Shown here: positions 48,501 through 61,000 of the stretch, one piece after another
Layout of the letters: each line of letters opens with the position of its first letter
Position numbering within the stretch: position 1 is the first letter of the stretch
Source: a virus
IMG/VR virus record: IMGVR_UViG_3300025759_000076
Span: 1-64,000 of that record
Direction: 5' to 3' (one strand)
DNA: 64,000 nucleotides
Notes under the pieces: generated by a model
The model's input: only the letters and a program-made list of their open reading frames with translations
Databases searched by the model: none
What the model was told of the DNA's origin: nothing
Translations under genes and position numbers: made by a program

Positions 48501-50171
48501 ATTACCAGTTCCTACAATACCAAATACTGATTTAGTATCTGACAGTGAGAAGTTAGTTGACTCAGTAACAAATCTTGCATTCTCAAGAACACCATTGAAT
48601 AGAAGTCTTTCACCTTTAAAGAAATCACCCTCAACACTGTATGCAGTAATTGCTGTTCCTGCATTTACAGAATACTTAAGGAACCCAGTTGCACCACTTG
48701 ACTCACCTTTCACATAGGAAGATGTGTTAAGTGTTACTGGCTCATTGAGTGTGATATCAGTGTATGTCTGAACATCAAAAAGTGATAGATCCCAAACATT
48801 TAAGTCTGGGAAATTTGTGTCGTAAGAACCAGACTCAAGTGCAAAGTCATAGATTCTTGCAATACCAATTTCTTTACCTGGTGCAGTTTCTTGATTTGAA
48901 CCAACTCTTCTACTTCTAAGACTCAGAGTATTTGTGGTATTAATACCAATAGTCGGAGATCCAAAGACTCTATTAAGTGCTATAGTTGGACCGAAACCAA
49001 AATTAAGACCTTGATTCTTTAATTGCTTAGTTGCTCTTGGTTTTGGAAAATCAATTAGAGAAGGTACGATAGTTTCTACTTCATAACCTTTGACATATGC
49101 CTTACCAGGAGAAATTTTATAGACTCCGATATTGTCATCAGGTGTATTTCCAGACTCGGTAGTTTGGCCGGGATTATATATTCCTCGGTTTCCTTCTTCA
49201 TTGTTCAGACTGTTTTTTACAGTAGTAACAAATTCTTTTACATAATAATGACCAGATTCATCAAAAGTTCTTTTTGCAAACTCATCACCTAGAAAATTAT
49301 ATTCAGTATCTCTATTGATTAGTCTTAGAGTACCATTACTGACTTCTGAAAGTTGAACAAAGTTACTTTCATCAAAATTGTCGAGAGGCTTTTTAGCCAA
49401 TACTGCGGTTATCTTAAGTCTATCTGCACCAGGTGCAGTATAGTTATTAAATCCTTGTGCATTATCATTCAGTAATGGGTCAACATCGGAAGAAATAATC
49501 TCCTCAACAACATCAAGACCAACTCTATAAGATGGAGTATTACTATACTGATCAAGAATTAGAGTCTGAGTTGCAACATCAACAAAATAACCTCTCAGGA
49601 AATAAATTCCTTGTGAAAGGTTAAAGGACGAACCGATAACAGGAGCATTCTGGGGGATTGTAGAACAGAATCCTTCACCAGATGCAATGAAAGTCGATGC
49701 GTAATTAATATTTGTACTTGTGGTTAAAACTTCTCCACTGATAAAAGTACTTACATCTTCCTCAGAAGATGAGTTTTCGTAGTTAACATATAAGGTATAA
49801 GTTCCTCTATCTGATTCATCCTCAGTGATATACGTTACAACACGTGCAGTTACATTTGACGATTGTCCAGTAATAATCGTCCCAACTATCTGATCAAGAT
49901 ATACACTTACAGGTATACCAAGAAACTCGGGTTCAATCTGAATTCCATAAAAGTCTTTGACATAAGTCAAATCACCAGGAATAACCTTAGCACCTTCTTT
50001 GAAGAAATGGTTACCCATGTCTTCGACTTGATTCTGAAGAATTGACTGCAGACCAGTTAATTCTCTAGCCTGAACTGGATAGCCAGGTTTGAAAAGAATC
50101 TTATAATAATTTTGTTTAGGATCAAAATCGTCAAAATATGGAGCGACGTTTAGATTAGTTTCCTGTGGCAT
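42570..50171 (-). CDS. Giant structural protein (VrlC/DUF4815-like baseplate-associated)
   Basis: LNVAPYFDDF, FKPGYPVQARELT, APGADRL, KRYQMTDI..LE.RI.NLEYY, DPLAQTF; 2533 aa. Confidence 0.85.
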   Translation of the reverse strand: MPQETNLNVAPYFDDFDPKQNYYKILFKPGYPVQARELTGLQSILQNQVEDMGNHFFKEGAKVIPGDLTYVKDFYGIQIEPEFLGIPVSVYLDQIVGTIITGQSSNVTARVVTYITEDESDRGTYTLYVNYENSSSEEDVSTFISGEVLTTSTNINYASTFIASGEGFCSTIPQNAPVIGSSFNLSQGIYFLRGYFVDVATQTLILDQYSNTPSYRVGLDVVEEIISSDVDPLLNDNAQGFNNYTAPGADRLKITAVLAKKPLDNFDESNFVQLSEVSNGTLRLINRDTEYNFLGDEFAKRTFDESGHYYVKEFVTTVKNSLNNEEGNRGIYNPGQTTESGNTPDDNIGVYKISPGKAYVKGYEVETIVPSLIDFPKPRATKQLKNQGLNFGFGPTIALNRVFGSPTIGINTTNTLSLRSRRVGSNQETAPGKEIGIARIYDFALESGSYDTNFPDLNVWDLSLFDVQTYTDITLNEPVTLNTSSYVKGESSGATGFLKYSVNAGTAITAYSVEGDFFKGERLLFNGVLENARFVTESTNFSLSDTKSVFGIVGTGNTFTADIIQTPVYDIGNATCSPEVGNSSRISIPVDPGFSFVGIVTVGNLVRFSRTNLDTVTFTRVTGVGRTNITVEGVTTVPGICDGNLPTGSSEAISNVQIISTRAQRNAGSGNITDNESLYSAFPKSNVASVDLINSDIIIRRQYNTNITSNSTAVINAGDNEVFLPFDEERYTLIRSNGQTEVLTQDRFVFTNGFASVQITGLGANDVNTQLITTIKKSNVTSKTKLNSVSNSLIIDKSSSSASGIGSTTLDDGLVAGDYPFGTRVQDEVICLNIPDVTKIYGVFQSDDVGDPTAPYMTLSQMNGVSGTTNDLFIGETLTGQTSGAKAIYIEKFTDTKVYFIYLNSSTFQNGEVVSGNLSSTNGIANTVKLGSKNITKDFKFSNGQKGGYYDYSRIIRKGSAGIPSRRLRVYYQNAHYDPADQGDITTVNSYNNFDYAKLSTVNGHRNSDIIDARPRVTDYTVVAGARSPLEFDGRNFADDVDGNQHSSTHIIASDEVMTLGYEYYLPRADRVYIDKSGSISVIQGTPQDQPRLPDSISGAMNIANVFLPAYLYNTSDAKINFVEHKRYQMTDIAKLEQRIKNLEYYTSLSQIETNTLNLFVEDVNGNNKFKSGIFVDNFSSLEPQDSTIGIKNSIDTKKGILRPSHYTTAINLQLGTTAIPGIGATSDANQDSQFAEIFGNGIKQTGRIITLDYTDQSWLTQPYATRIESVTPFLIQFWQGTIELTPDVDVWIDVNRLEINNVMMEGSFQGIAESLSAEVTTNADGSRTGVSPVLWNSWETVGVNIDMSLSNVQQFLQGASDVISNGLVDNLLRGRDVGVDQIIDASDAIVNNISARGGITQDQQRSGTQLTVNEVIETESLGDRVVRRDIIHFMRSRNIEVTATKFRPYTRLYSFFDQVDVNKFVVPKLIEIEMTHGAFVIGETVNGRLNDGGSRRNNSSSVPRIDFRVAKSDHKYGPYNNPTDLYDQSPYDRNVSVNSVYSESSSTVNVDTFSLSSEDFPQFSGYITKGMILTGRTSGAQAKITNVRLISDTVGTLQASFRVPDGANNANPTFETGRSRFRLTSSKINSQIEGATTTAGEGTFYSQGNVDTTQESTLSLRNTTVETVDSSQSRSLGNNFTSNIGQNFITNVIRRPTPPPRPQNNARDPLAQTFRVDDETGIFITKVNVFFQSKDANTPATFQLRECKLGTPTETVLAFSEVDIEPADVTVSDDGSVPYTITLPSPVYLNGGTEYAMVLLSHSVEWRVWISRLGEADVRTVDQEAGQILVTEQPLLGSLFKSQNASVWTPSQYEDLKFEMFRASFSPSGNVQFFNPNLPTSLSQIDPTGLSMNSREIRVGLGTTVQDTDLTVGNTVKQLNIGATGTLVAFAGSATSSLSLTNTGSGYVPASGSQSYTGVALTSITGKGLNATANITITDGSATAATINNGGVGYVVGDVLTPVNLGGVNLGSGMQLSVNAILGNNTLILDNVQGNFIANASYPLYYDNNSGITTELNSSVGGDVIPVSPINVVTNGDYIKVFQRNHGLYSNVNRLDLAEVASDTIPTGLAQEYSFNSTSFIVLDGGESEFTTFENIGVGATNPGYIKIGDEIISYNGINGRTLTGIVRGVDNTTIATHDMGELVTKYQLNGVSLRRINRQHLLSNVNASDLVEAPIGLDYYYIKVQMNVGGVNRAPGNADGFPPLYFNERTVGGGPDVTGSYNLPFSLITPKVTTITPTGTNIITQVRTVSASSISGNQQSYVDEGYEQINIFSKNYFNSQRMIASPLNESLYLNSDTYPGQKSFSMLFSMFSTDDRLSPAIDLDNASVVFTSNRVNKPVTNYASDFRVNGTETDPNSFVYVSKNIVLENPATSLQVILDAYISNNNDIRLFYAVNQDTKPEETVFIPFPGYSNVASNGAIIDISNNNGTSDVKVPKIDSYQPEPSVNLYKEYKFTINDLVPFGSFRIKIVGTSTDQSNAPLIRNLRAISFA

Positions 50172-50176
50172 ATCTC

Positions 50177-51736
50177 TTAGAATTGCAAGATAACTTTAAC
50201 ATCTTCTTTCTGAGAAGAGGATCGGGTAACAGAAGGTCTATTATCAACATAAACGATATCACCAGAATATTTTTGAGATTCTGGATTTGATACTCCTTTT
50301 GCGAATTCCTGACCCAAGTAGTATGTCCTACTATTTATTGCCGTTGAAACACCTGTAAAGTTCACATCAATATTTAAAGTATTACCCGAAGTAGGAACAA
50401 TGCTAATGGTACCACCGTTAGTAGGAGATGCGGTAAATTCTAGTTGATTGAATCCATATACAGGAACAGTATTTTTTGTTCCATCACTATTAAAACCTGC
50501 AGTTCGTCTGTCTTGCCAATACTTCAGAACACCAGTCTGATTGTCATAAGAAATAACTTTTCCTACAGCAGTAGAACCAAGACCAACTGTTTGGGTTACA
50601 AACGAGTCTGCAGTAAATACTGCTTCACTGTAACCAGTGCCTACCAATTTAAGTGCATACAAAGCACTTGCTTTATCTTTGGTAAGAAATGACGAAGAAT
50701 TGTAGTTTGTTGGATTTTTTACAATTCCTACTCTGGCAAATTGGTTACCAGTAATAAAGTCGGGGTTTTGAGTATCATTTTCAAATCTTGCATAAGATAG
50801 AACATTGTATGCACCCAGTTCAGAGTAAATATCAGCACCATGACCTCCAGGAGGAGGAATGATTACATCAAAGATTGGGGCAATTGTTCCATCTGGTACA
50901 CCACCACTCTTCAAATCTAGTGTACCAAAGGTATAACCATTACCACCTCTAGAAACAGTAACAGATTCTACCTTTGCGTCATTGTTAATAACAACAGTAG
51001 CTTCCGCACCTCTACCATTACCTAGAATAGGTACTCCGGTATAGGTAACATTTGCGGTTCCAATACCAACACCACGATTTCTGATAGTTACAATCTTAAT
51101 TTCACCACTATTTGCAGCATTCTCTCTTACTGGAGCATAAGATGCATTAGTATCCCAATCAGTTGGTACAGCGATATAACTTGTAGAATCAAATTTGATG
51201 ATTTGATTTGGTTTGATTGTGTAAAGATACTTCCAGATATATCCATCACCACTACTACCAGCTTCTCTAGGCTCTAGGTCAGTAAAGTTTGGTTCGTCTA
51301 GTGATGGACCACCTCTGTAACTATTCTCTGGGTTTGCATTATTAAACAAACAAATATAAACTTTATACTCACTATTCATTACATAGAAGTTTGAGTCATA
51401 AATGTCATATGAGTTGGATGGAAGAGATGGGTTATCCCTTGTAATATCATTTCTCCACATATCATATGTGGTTCCAGACTGCCATACAATCTTTCTAACA
51501 ACCTGACTTACATCAGTAGAGTTGATTCTCTTAAGAGCCAACATCGTATCCCAATAATCATTGGATTGATCTAAACTATCCTTGGGTGCTGGAGGATTCG
51601 AGTCCCAGTCACTTTGAAAATCAGCAGGATCTGGTAAACCAATCCAAGCGTAATAAGAATTAGAAGAATTCTGGACATCATCCACAAAATTCTTCGCATT
51701 CAAAATACGTAATTGATCTGTAATTATCGCAGCCAT
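50177..51736 (-). CDS. gp8: Baseplate wedge subunit
   Basis: FYVMNSEYKVYICL.N, DGYIWKYLYTI, P.GGHG, QKEDVKVILQF. Confidence 0.9.
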   Translation of the reverse strand: MAAIITDQLRILNAKNFVDDVQNSSNSYYAWIGLPDPADFQSDWDSNPPAPKDSLDQSNDYWDTMLALKRINSTDVSQVVRKIVWQSGTTYDMWRNDITRDNPSLPSNSYDIYDSNFYVMNSEYKVYICLFNNANPENSYRGGPSLDEPNFTDLEPREAGSSGDGYIWKYLYTIKPNQIIKFDSTSYIAVPTDWDTNASYAPVRENAANSGEIKIVTIRNRGVGIGTANVTYTGVPILGNGRGAEATVVINNDAKVESVTVSRGGNGYTFGTLDLKSGGVPDGTIAPIFDVIIPPPGGHGADIYSELGAYNVLSYARFENDTQNPDFITGNQFARVGIVKNPTNYNSSSFLTKDKASALYALKLVGTGYSEAVFTADSFVTQTVGLGSTAVGKVISYDNQTGVLKYWQDRRTAGFNSDGTKNTVPVYGFNQLEFTASPTNGGTISIVPTSGNTLNIDVNFTGVSTAINSRTYYLGQEFAKGVSNPESQKYSGDIVYVDNRPSVTRSSSQKEDVKVILQF

Positions 51737-51761
51737 TTTTACCGGACTTTTTTCTTATTTA

Positions 51762-52055
51762 TTATGATAATGTAAGTGTTGTTGAACCAACCCCAACAAC
51801 ACTAAATATGAGTTGGTTTCCAGAGAAATCAATCTTAACTGCTTGCGTAGAAATTCCACTAACAAAACCTCCAACAGCAGTTACAATACCTGTATTATAC
51901 TGTGAAGTTGCAGTAACAACACCTAGTGTAGTACCATTACCAACAACATTGTACAGTTCAAGAAAATTACTATTAATCTTTTCGGCACCTTCAATAAGTG
52001 AGTCACCTGTTCCACTATTAGGAGATGAACCCGTATTAATACCTTGATATGCCAT
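51762..52055 (-). CDS. Short gp9/gp10-like protein
   Basis: GINTG..PN.GTGDSL..GA.KIN.NF.ELY. Confidence 0.7.
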   Translation of the reverse strand: MAYQGINTGSSPNSGTGDSLIEGAEKINSNFLELYNVVGNGTTLGVVTATSQYNTGIVTAVGGFVSGISTQAVKIDFSGNQLIFSVVGVGSTTLTLS

Positions 52056-52091
52056 CTTTTATACAGAATCTTTTTCTATGTTTGTATTTAT

Positions 52092-55000
52092 CTAGACATT
52101 ATAATTATTGAATTTCAAAGGTTCAAATCTTTGTACAAGAGGTGATGATGATAATCCACTATATCCTTCAGGGAAGAATTCTAGAGCCATTGTAGGAACT
52201 CTGTTTATGAACTGTAGTTTACCCCATGTATATTCACCGAAAATACGAGAGTTATCAAATGTACCAGAACCAGAAGAATATCCTTGACTTGTAAACTCAA
52301 TTCTTCGAACAACAGTGACACCAAGACCAATACTTGAAAGATTCTTGGTTATATTTTCTGCATTCTTAACATAGTATATTCCATCAAAGTTATTGTCAGT
52401 AAATATACCCACATTTGATTCATTGACGACGAAGAAATCACCAGGACTCAATTGACTAACCGTAACGGCAAAACCCACAATAGATGCATCTCTCATGTAA
52501 GAATCTTCTGGGATATGTAGTTCAATAAAAGCAGTATTGATGTCAGAATGTGCATAACCAACAATATTACCATAATCACCAAAGTATGAGGTAATTCCAA
52601 TCTTCTCTCTTCTAATAGAAGGTTGTTGAATAAGAACATTAGGTGCCTGAGTGTATCCTGTTCCTGCATTAGATACCGAAATCGATACTACACCATCACC
52701 AGTTACTGAAGCAATACCTGTTGCTCTGGTTCCATTGAGTTCATCTGGTAAAGAAACTGATACTACAGGAGTTGTTAAGTAGGAATAACCTGCACCAACA
52801 TTACTTACCGTAAATGATGTGATTATTCCACCAGTACCGGTAGATGCCGTAGCAGTTGCAACATCGATATTTCCCTGGTCAATAATTACAACCTTATCTT
52901 GATAATCTAAAAGATTTGTTTCACTTCTAGAATTAAACAATGGTATAATACTGTCAACATAACCAGATGTACTAGTAAACCCAACATAAGATGTTAGATA
53001 TGCCGTAGGGTAAATATAAGGTTCTTGGTCAATTCTATCCTTGGTTACAAAGTCACCATTAATTGTAATATCATCAGTTTGCTTACACCAAGTAACAGGT
53101 CTTACAAGAGCAGTATTTTTAGTAACACCAGGACCGTTGTAAGCAAGAGTAGTTACAGTATCCAGAGTGGTAATACCTGTCACTACTCTTGGGTCTTGAT
53201 ATAAACCAAAAGTTTGACCTTTTGCGATGTCATTTTTCAGTTGTAATGTATCACCAATTTTAACGGTTTCGAGAATGTCAACAAAAACAACGTCAACATC
53301 TGGAGTACCCTTATAGAAGATAATTTTACAAGTGTCACCCTTTCTAGGAGGTTCTGTAAATTCTACATAACCACCACCCGTGAAGGTATATGAAATTTCA
53401 GGAACTTGTAAAACATCATTGATTGTTATGATTAATGCTTGAGCAAGATTAATGTTGGAACCTTTCTTGGCTTCAATCGCAAATTGTTGATTTGCAATCG
53501 TAAGTGGGAATTTTGTAGCCAACCCATCAAACAACTCATTAATACTATCAAATACCTCAAGTTCACCAATAGTAAACCCATTAAAAGTATCCCGATATAC
53601 ATCAGTGACACTTAATTCAAACGGAATGAACGGAAGACTTGAATCAGTGTTAATACCTGTTGTACCACCAATAGCAATATTGAGTTTATCGCCAACATTA
53701 TACCCAAAACCACCACTTACAATATCAAAATTGATAACACTAGAACCTTGTCCAACAATAATATCAACTCTTGCACCAGTACCAACTCCAGGTGCAGAAT
53801 TAGAACTATAGACTAGAGGAATATTTGAGTAACCAAGAGGTTTGTCTATAACAACAATGGGTGGATTGCCGGAGTCAAGATTAGAACCTAGGTTATAAAG
53901 GTCAATACTATCTACATGACCATCTACAATGTTTGCAGTACCAATACCAATAACTCGAACATCTCCAGTAGAAGATGTGATAATACCCACACCTACATTA
54001 GTTTGAATACCAGTTCTATAGCCAGAACCACTATTACCAATGCTAATAGCGCTAATTGTACCGGAGTTGACAAATACTGATGCACCAGCACCAACTAATG
54101 GTTGGAAACCAGAACCTGAAGTAGAACCAACAGAAATAATTGTTCCTCCTCTAGGAATTGAAGCTTTATTCGGGTCTTCTTCAGATGAGATACTATCACC
54201 AAGATATGTAATACTCGTAACACCTGCAACTTCAAGGAAACTATAATCGCCAGATGTTATCTGACCCCCCAATGGTTCTTGAAGAATATTTGAATTCAAT
54301 ACGATCGCCTTGTTGGTTGCAAATCCGACTAAGTTCTCACCGTTCTGAGTCAAAGTAAATACACTTCTCTGACCATTGAACCCACTTTGAATATTATCAA
54401 ATGTGTAGTTGGTCGCATAGGTGTCAAGGTCATCATTAAGAATACCACTTCTCATAAAGGTTCTACCTTGGAAACTTGAGTATGTGGTAACACCAGTCCA
54501 ATCTACATTATCAGGTCCTGCAGTAGTAGTTCCAATTGGAGTTGCTCCAAATGGTGCAGATGCAAAGTGAACAGTATTATCAACAATATTGTAGTTACCA
54601 CCAAGTAAATTAACTGAGGTTCCTATATTGTGTGATGCAACCTGTGTTCCCATCTGTGCTCGTAGAACTTTGAGACTATTCTCAGAAGAAACTCCCGTGT
54701 TCTGAACAAGCATAATCTCATTATCAATCTTAAGTAAATCATTTGCCTTGAATGAAGTAACTCCAACAACATCAAAATCTACATCAAATACAATACTTTC
54801 AGACAACTGCGTTTCAATATTCACTTCAGTTACTGGTGACTGAACCATATTATCAATTGCCAACAATGCTCTAGCATTTTGATTAGTTGCGGTAATTTTA
54901 TGGAATGTTCCAATACCAATAGATGTTAAGTCAAATACAACAGGAACTGCACTCAATGCATCTGTTGCACTTTTTGCAAACCCTACAGATTTTTCACTAT

Positions 55001-58000
55001 ACTTGACAATATACAAAGTAGACGGAAGTTTGTCAGTAGATACACCGGCAACACTTGTCGTTCCAATCCCAATGGCGTTTGCAGTTGATAGAATAGAGTT
55101 TTCATAATCGTAGGTAACTTTCTCCCCGGTCACAAAGAAGTGGTCTTCCAAAATAACTTGATTACCAGTAGTATTAACTACAGAAGTACTGTTCCCCACA
55201 AAACTTCTTTGGAATACATCTAGATTATTTGATTGTAACTTGAATGAGGTCTTTTTATCGAACTCTGTACCAGTGTATGTTCCGTATTCAGAGAATAGAA
55301 TGTTATTATTGAGGTCAATTGAAGAAATACCAACGATATTGTTGAAATTCTTAAGAGAAATACCAAATGCTCTTACTTCAACATTGATATTCGGATTTGG
55401 TGTGTATACGAGATGAGTTTCGGTACTACTATTCGTAACACCAACTGTTCCAAGACCTACATTAGTTCTAATATCACCATATTTTACAATTCTGTTTACA
55501 GTATCATTATCAAGGACATTTACCTCAAACATCTCATATTCGTTGTTTGTAGTGTCCTCTACCGATACAATAAAGTATTCTGAATTGAATGGAGATGAGT
55601 AAGATGCAACAATATTTTCAACAGGAGTTCCTGAAGATGTAATAGACTTGGAATAAGACGATAGATTAGTAACTACAAGATTTGATGTGGAAACTCCAGA
55701 AGCACTATTGTCAGCAATAGATACGATACTTACATTTGCAGTAACCGCAGTCCCTACAGTTGGAATAATGTCGACTTTTACAAGTCCACCAGAAATGTAT
55801 GCATTATATGTTCCAAATCCAGAACTTGGTAGACCCGCAAGACCAACCTTATTGTCATTTGCCCCATATTGAAGAGTGGTTACATTTGTTCCGTCGTGAA
55901 GGATATTAAGTTCATTACCATAATAGTTATTTTCTGCATCTTCCATTTGAATGAGAAGTTTTGCAGCTCTGTAGGTAGAAGAAATTGATACTAGATTGGT
56001 AGTGGTTGCAACAGATACATTAGTACTTGCAGTAGAAATTTTAACTACATTACCGATTTGTTGAGTTCCAATTCCGGTTACATTATTCAATCCACTGAAA
56101 GTGAAGTAAGAAATGTCATAGTTATTGTACTTAAACAGAGTTGGATAGAAGGTTAGACCCCATGTACTAGTTCCTGCGCCAATATAGTCGAAATAACCTA
56201 AAGACATTGCAGTGTCTAAAGTACCATATTGATTAATATAACCTCTAGTTCCATCTTGTACAACAGAAACAATACTAGACTGTTTTCTGTTTCTAACTTC
56301 TCTATCCTGAACCAAAGTAAAGAACTTATTGAAGTAGAATTTATTATCAAAGAAGTCTACAATAGAATATCTTGTATCTCTTGCATTACTGTTAAATTGA
56401 CTGCTAATATCATCCAGTTCTAATACTCTATTACCTCTAGATTCGAAGTAATCTAGTAAAATTCGATTTTCAAATATAATTTGGTCTGATACAGTCTTAC
56501 CATTGACAACATCAATAGTAGTTTCTGTTGCACCATCAAAATCTGGGAAACAATAGAGATTACCCTCGCCAATAAGATCAACCACCGTATCGATAGTTAC
56601 TTCTTTTGGTGAAGTATCACTAGCGGCATTGTTGTCGATGACCAAATCTGCAAATTTATCAAAACCTGCAGTGTGATTAAGAGAACTTACTGGGTCATCC
56701 CAAGTTTTATAAGGAATTCTAGATTTGAGTGAATATGAGAAGTTCTGATAGTACTCATTATTAGGAATAACTTGTAAATTGTCATTCAAGAAACCAGAAT
56801 TTGACTGCCAACCGTCGATAAATGTTGTTCCTGTACCAATAGTGATAGTTGAGTTAAAATCAATCTTAGATCTAACTATAGACTTAATTTGAGAAGTTTC
56901 GGACTCAATGATACTACCAACTTCGAAATCTGAATTGGTAGAAACGAACAAATATTCACTAACAGGATCCCATCTCTCTACTATACCTACACTATCTTCA
57001 TTTGAAACCTTTTCTCCATCAAAGAAATCTGAAATTTTGAGTTTAATGTCAAAAATTGGGAAATATGTCTTTGGAGTTACTTTTCCTACTGTAAAATTTG
57101 TTACTTCACCAGGGAATTCTCCCTCACCAAGATAATCTGAAAGATCATATTCGATATATGAACCAGATCCACCAAGATTACTATCAGTTGCAGTTAGAGT
57201 GAATAATGCATAATCATAATTCTCTGAATTATAACCTTTTCCTGTAGTATTAAAACCAATTGCTATATTTTCAACAATCACTGTCTCACCAACCTTAAAT
57301 GGCCAGTCTTGAGGATCACTAAACTGTTTAGATAGTGATAGTCTTACAATTTTTGATGCAGAGTTGTAACTAATAGAACTAATACCAAATCCATTCGAAT
57401 TATTGATAGGAATAATTTCTGGAGTGACATTGTTCAGTGAGATAGTGTTCTCTACAATAGTAACTTCAGTGTCATCTAAATCATAAACTAGTTTTACATC
57501 AGTTATCTGTAGTTTTGATACACTATCAACTACAACAAGTTCAGGAGCCTCATAATAATTCAAACCAGTAGAACTAATACCAATAGACTTGAATGTCGCC
57601 AAAGGTTCAATTCTTAAAATTTCTGGTAAGTTACCAGAAGCATTCAGAGTTGTGTCCGATGGATAACCAAAACCAATGTAGTTAACTTTTGTTGATATGA
57701 TATTACCAATCGTAGTACTTGATGGTTGTAGTAGAGCACCAGTACCAGTAGAACTTCTTACAGAAGTAAAACCAGGAAGAGATCTGTAACCTCTACCACC
57801 ATTCAAAATAGTCAATCTCGAAATAGGACCAACGGTATTAGAGGAATTCGTAGTGTAACTGAGAATTGCATTGGTTGGGTCATACGAATTAGTAGTATCT
57901 CTATTATAAGGTATGTTATAGTCGAAAGTCATAGATGTTACACCTACAACATTATACCTACCATCAAATTTATTATCAGTGACATTAATTTGGTTGTTAT

Positions 58001-61000
58001 TATAAACTGAAGTGTCCGTATACTTTCTCATCTTCACTGGAAGATTGATATCAATGTTATCAACCTCAAAGTTATACCACAGATTAGTGGGAATATTTTC
58101 ACTAACATAAAGAGTTAGGTTTGCATTGGTATCAATACCAACAGTTCCAGATTTAGTAACTTCAAATGAATCTGAATTTGGTGCAATCCAGAATTTATTT
58201 GCATATGATAAGTCACTATAGACAAACATATCAAATGCTGCAAATTTGGTACCAGCACTAACAAATGATAGAGAATTATCTGAAAGATTAAATTTTAAAT
58301 TCTGATTTTTTTGAACTTTTATTGCAGGGTTAATCCTAGAGATTGTTGTTGTATGTGCGGTTCCAATATTGACAAATGTTGGGTTCTCTTTTCCTAATTC
58401 GGAAGCATACTCAACAAGTTTAATCTGGTCATTCTTAAAGACATAGACATAGTAAAGACCTTTGTTAGAGAGACTAGGATCAGGTACTATTGAACTATAG
58501 ATGACCTTATCACCGATCTGATACTTATTCTCGGGAACAGTAAAAGTATTAGATACTGTATTAATTCCTACTGGTTCAATGGTGTCAGGATCAAATACCA
58601 TTCTTCGGTTATAATCGTCATAAACGACCGATATTTCTGTGGTCGTAATTGGTTTTACCTCACTAGTAATACTGTCACCAGGTTTTATACCATGAGTACT
58701 CGCGGTAGAAACAGTAACAACATTTTTAGAGAATCTACCATTCAATACTGAAGGAATATTGGTCTTAAAACTATGGTAACTACCAAGACCGACTGAAGTA
58801 GTAAAGTAAAGAAGACCACCTGTCTCACTATTAACCCCTACATATTGTCCAGAAATACTATCAATACCAACACGAACTGTTGCAATACCAATTACATCCT
58901 TATTAATGGGAACTGCAAAAAGATTTCTGTTCGATTCCAGTTGGAATATATTAGAACTAGTAATACCACTCCATGCACTAATACTCGTTCCACCATTAGT
59001 ATAATAGATGATAGGGGTGTTCAATCCCAATCTATGATCTGGGATATAGATTTGTTGTTGATCAACTCTCTGTTGAGTCTGACCTACACCTGGATTGGCA
59101 AAAACCAATGTTGTTGCAGTACCAACAGTTTCGGTACCAAGACCTATTGCCTCGTTTGGTTGAAAATAAAGTTGTCTATTTGTTGTTAGTTCTTTTGTAG
59201 TAACAATACCTGTTGCGGTAAATGCTAGTTTTCTGGGATCATTTCGAACTAATGTACCGGCACTATGTACAACTGCAAAAGTATTGTCATATCCTCTTAT
59301 AACTCTAATTCTACTCGAAAGTTTATCGATGTTTAGAACCTTAAGTTTTTCAGATTCAATTCTTAGAATATCGTCAGGTTCTATAATGGATTCATCAAGT
59401 GAACCAGAAACATACACATAGGTCACAATACCCGTTACAGGACCGGTAGAGATACCTAATGAAGTGTACCATCTGTCACTACTTACACCAACACTGTAAG
59501 AACCCTGTAGGTTCTTATAGGTATCAGACAGACCATCAATGTAGATAATGTTACCTGGAAGGAAACTGTGTGGTGCTGAAGTTAAACCAATAAATTCATT
59601 ACTATTAGAACTAGAATTTGAATAGATCTCAACATCTTCAATAGAAGTTGTTGCAAGACTTACATTATCTACTTTCTTACCACCAACCTGAGAAACCTTA
59701 ACATTTAAGTTACTACCATTAGTTTTAGTGTTATTGAATATAACCTTGTCATTAACTCTGTAACCACTACCTTGATCTAAGATTGTAACTGCGTCAATAC
59801 TTCCTGCGGATGTTGCAGTAACATCAATAGTCTGTTTTCTTACCGTGTTAGAGTTGAAGATATAATCATATCCACTCTGTCCACCATTCGTATAGTAATA
59901 CTTGGTATTTCTAAACCAACCTTTGTCTTCAATATCATAATCAGTCTGATTAGATCTTGCTAAGAAGTTGAATGGAATAGGTGTTGACTTATAGGTATCA
60001 CCAATTACATAAGGGAATACAGGTCTTCTGTAATTGTTGAATGGTCCACCAGAGTCATTTCCTTCGGAGATAGTACAGAAGTATGCATATATTCCATTTG
60101 GATAATCAGGTGTTACGCAGAATCTTCCATTATGAATATCTAAATCGCCTTCTCCAGTAAATATGTAATCATTTGTAAAAAATCCATTGGGGAATGAATC
60201 ATATGGAGGTCTACTCTTTTGAACTCTCTGCAATTTATAACCAGATTTCATTCGTGAAATATCACCAGTACCATCAATATTCTTAAATCCGTATGGTCCA
60301 TAGATTGGATTTCCATCATACGCCCATCCAACAATAGGTGAGTGATAAGTGTTACTAATTTCTCCACCAGTCTGTGGATCAAAACTCAAGTCAAAAGTAC
60401 CATACCGTTCATTATCTTTATCAAAACCATTAATTACATTCAAAGTCCTACGAAGAGGTCTGGGCAGATATGTCGCACAATATTCCAGTGACTTATTAGA
60501 AAGATTCTCTTCAATAACACCATCATCATCGAGTATGTTATTGAAGTTTTTTTCAAACAAGTTTAAATTCCAAGCCTGAATATTTGCATTTACTCTAGCA
60601 CCACCACCAGGTGGTACCACATTAACTGAAGTTTTTCCAGAAACATAACCAACACCACCTTTTGATATAATTATATTTTTAATAGAACCATTTTCAATGA
60701 TTGGAATTAGAACAGCATAGTTACCAGTCTCACTGACAATTTGTAAGTCTGGTGGAGAATTGTATCCACTACCTGGAGTATTAACAACAACTTCCACAAT
60801 TTCACCATTATTGATGATAGGAGTCAATTTTGCGTTAATCCCAGCATCAAATGTAATTTCTGGTTGTCTTACAAAATCGATAATATCCGAAGAACCATAA
60901 CCAACACCATTTGAAGTTAAATCGATAGTCTCGATAGACCCTCTAAAAATTGGTTGCAGTTTGGCATCATACAAAAGAATGTTACCAATGAATGGAGTAT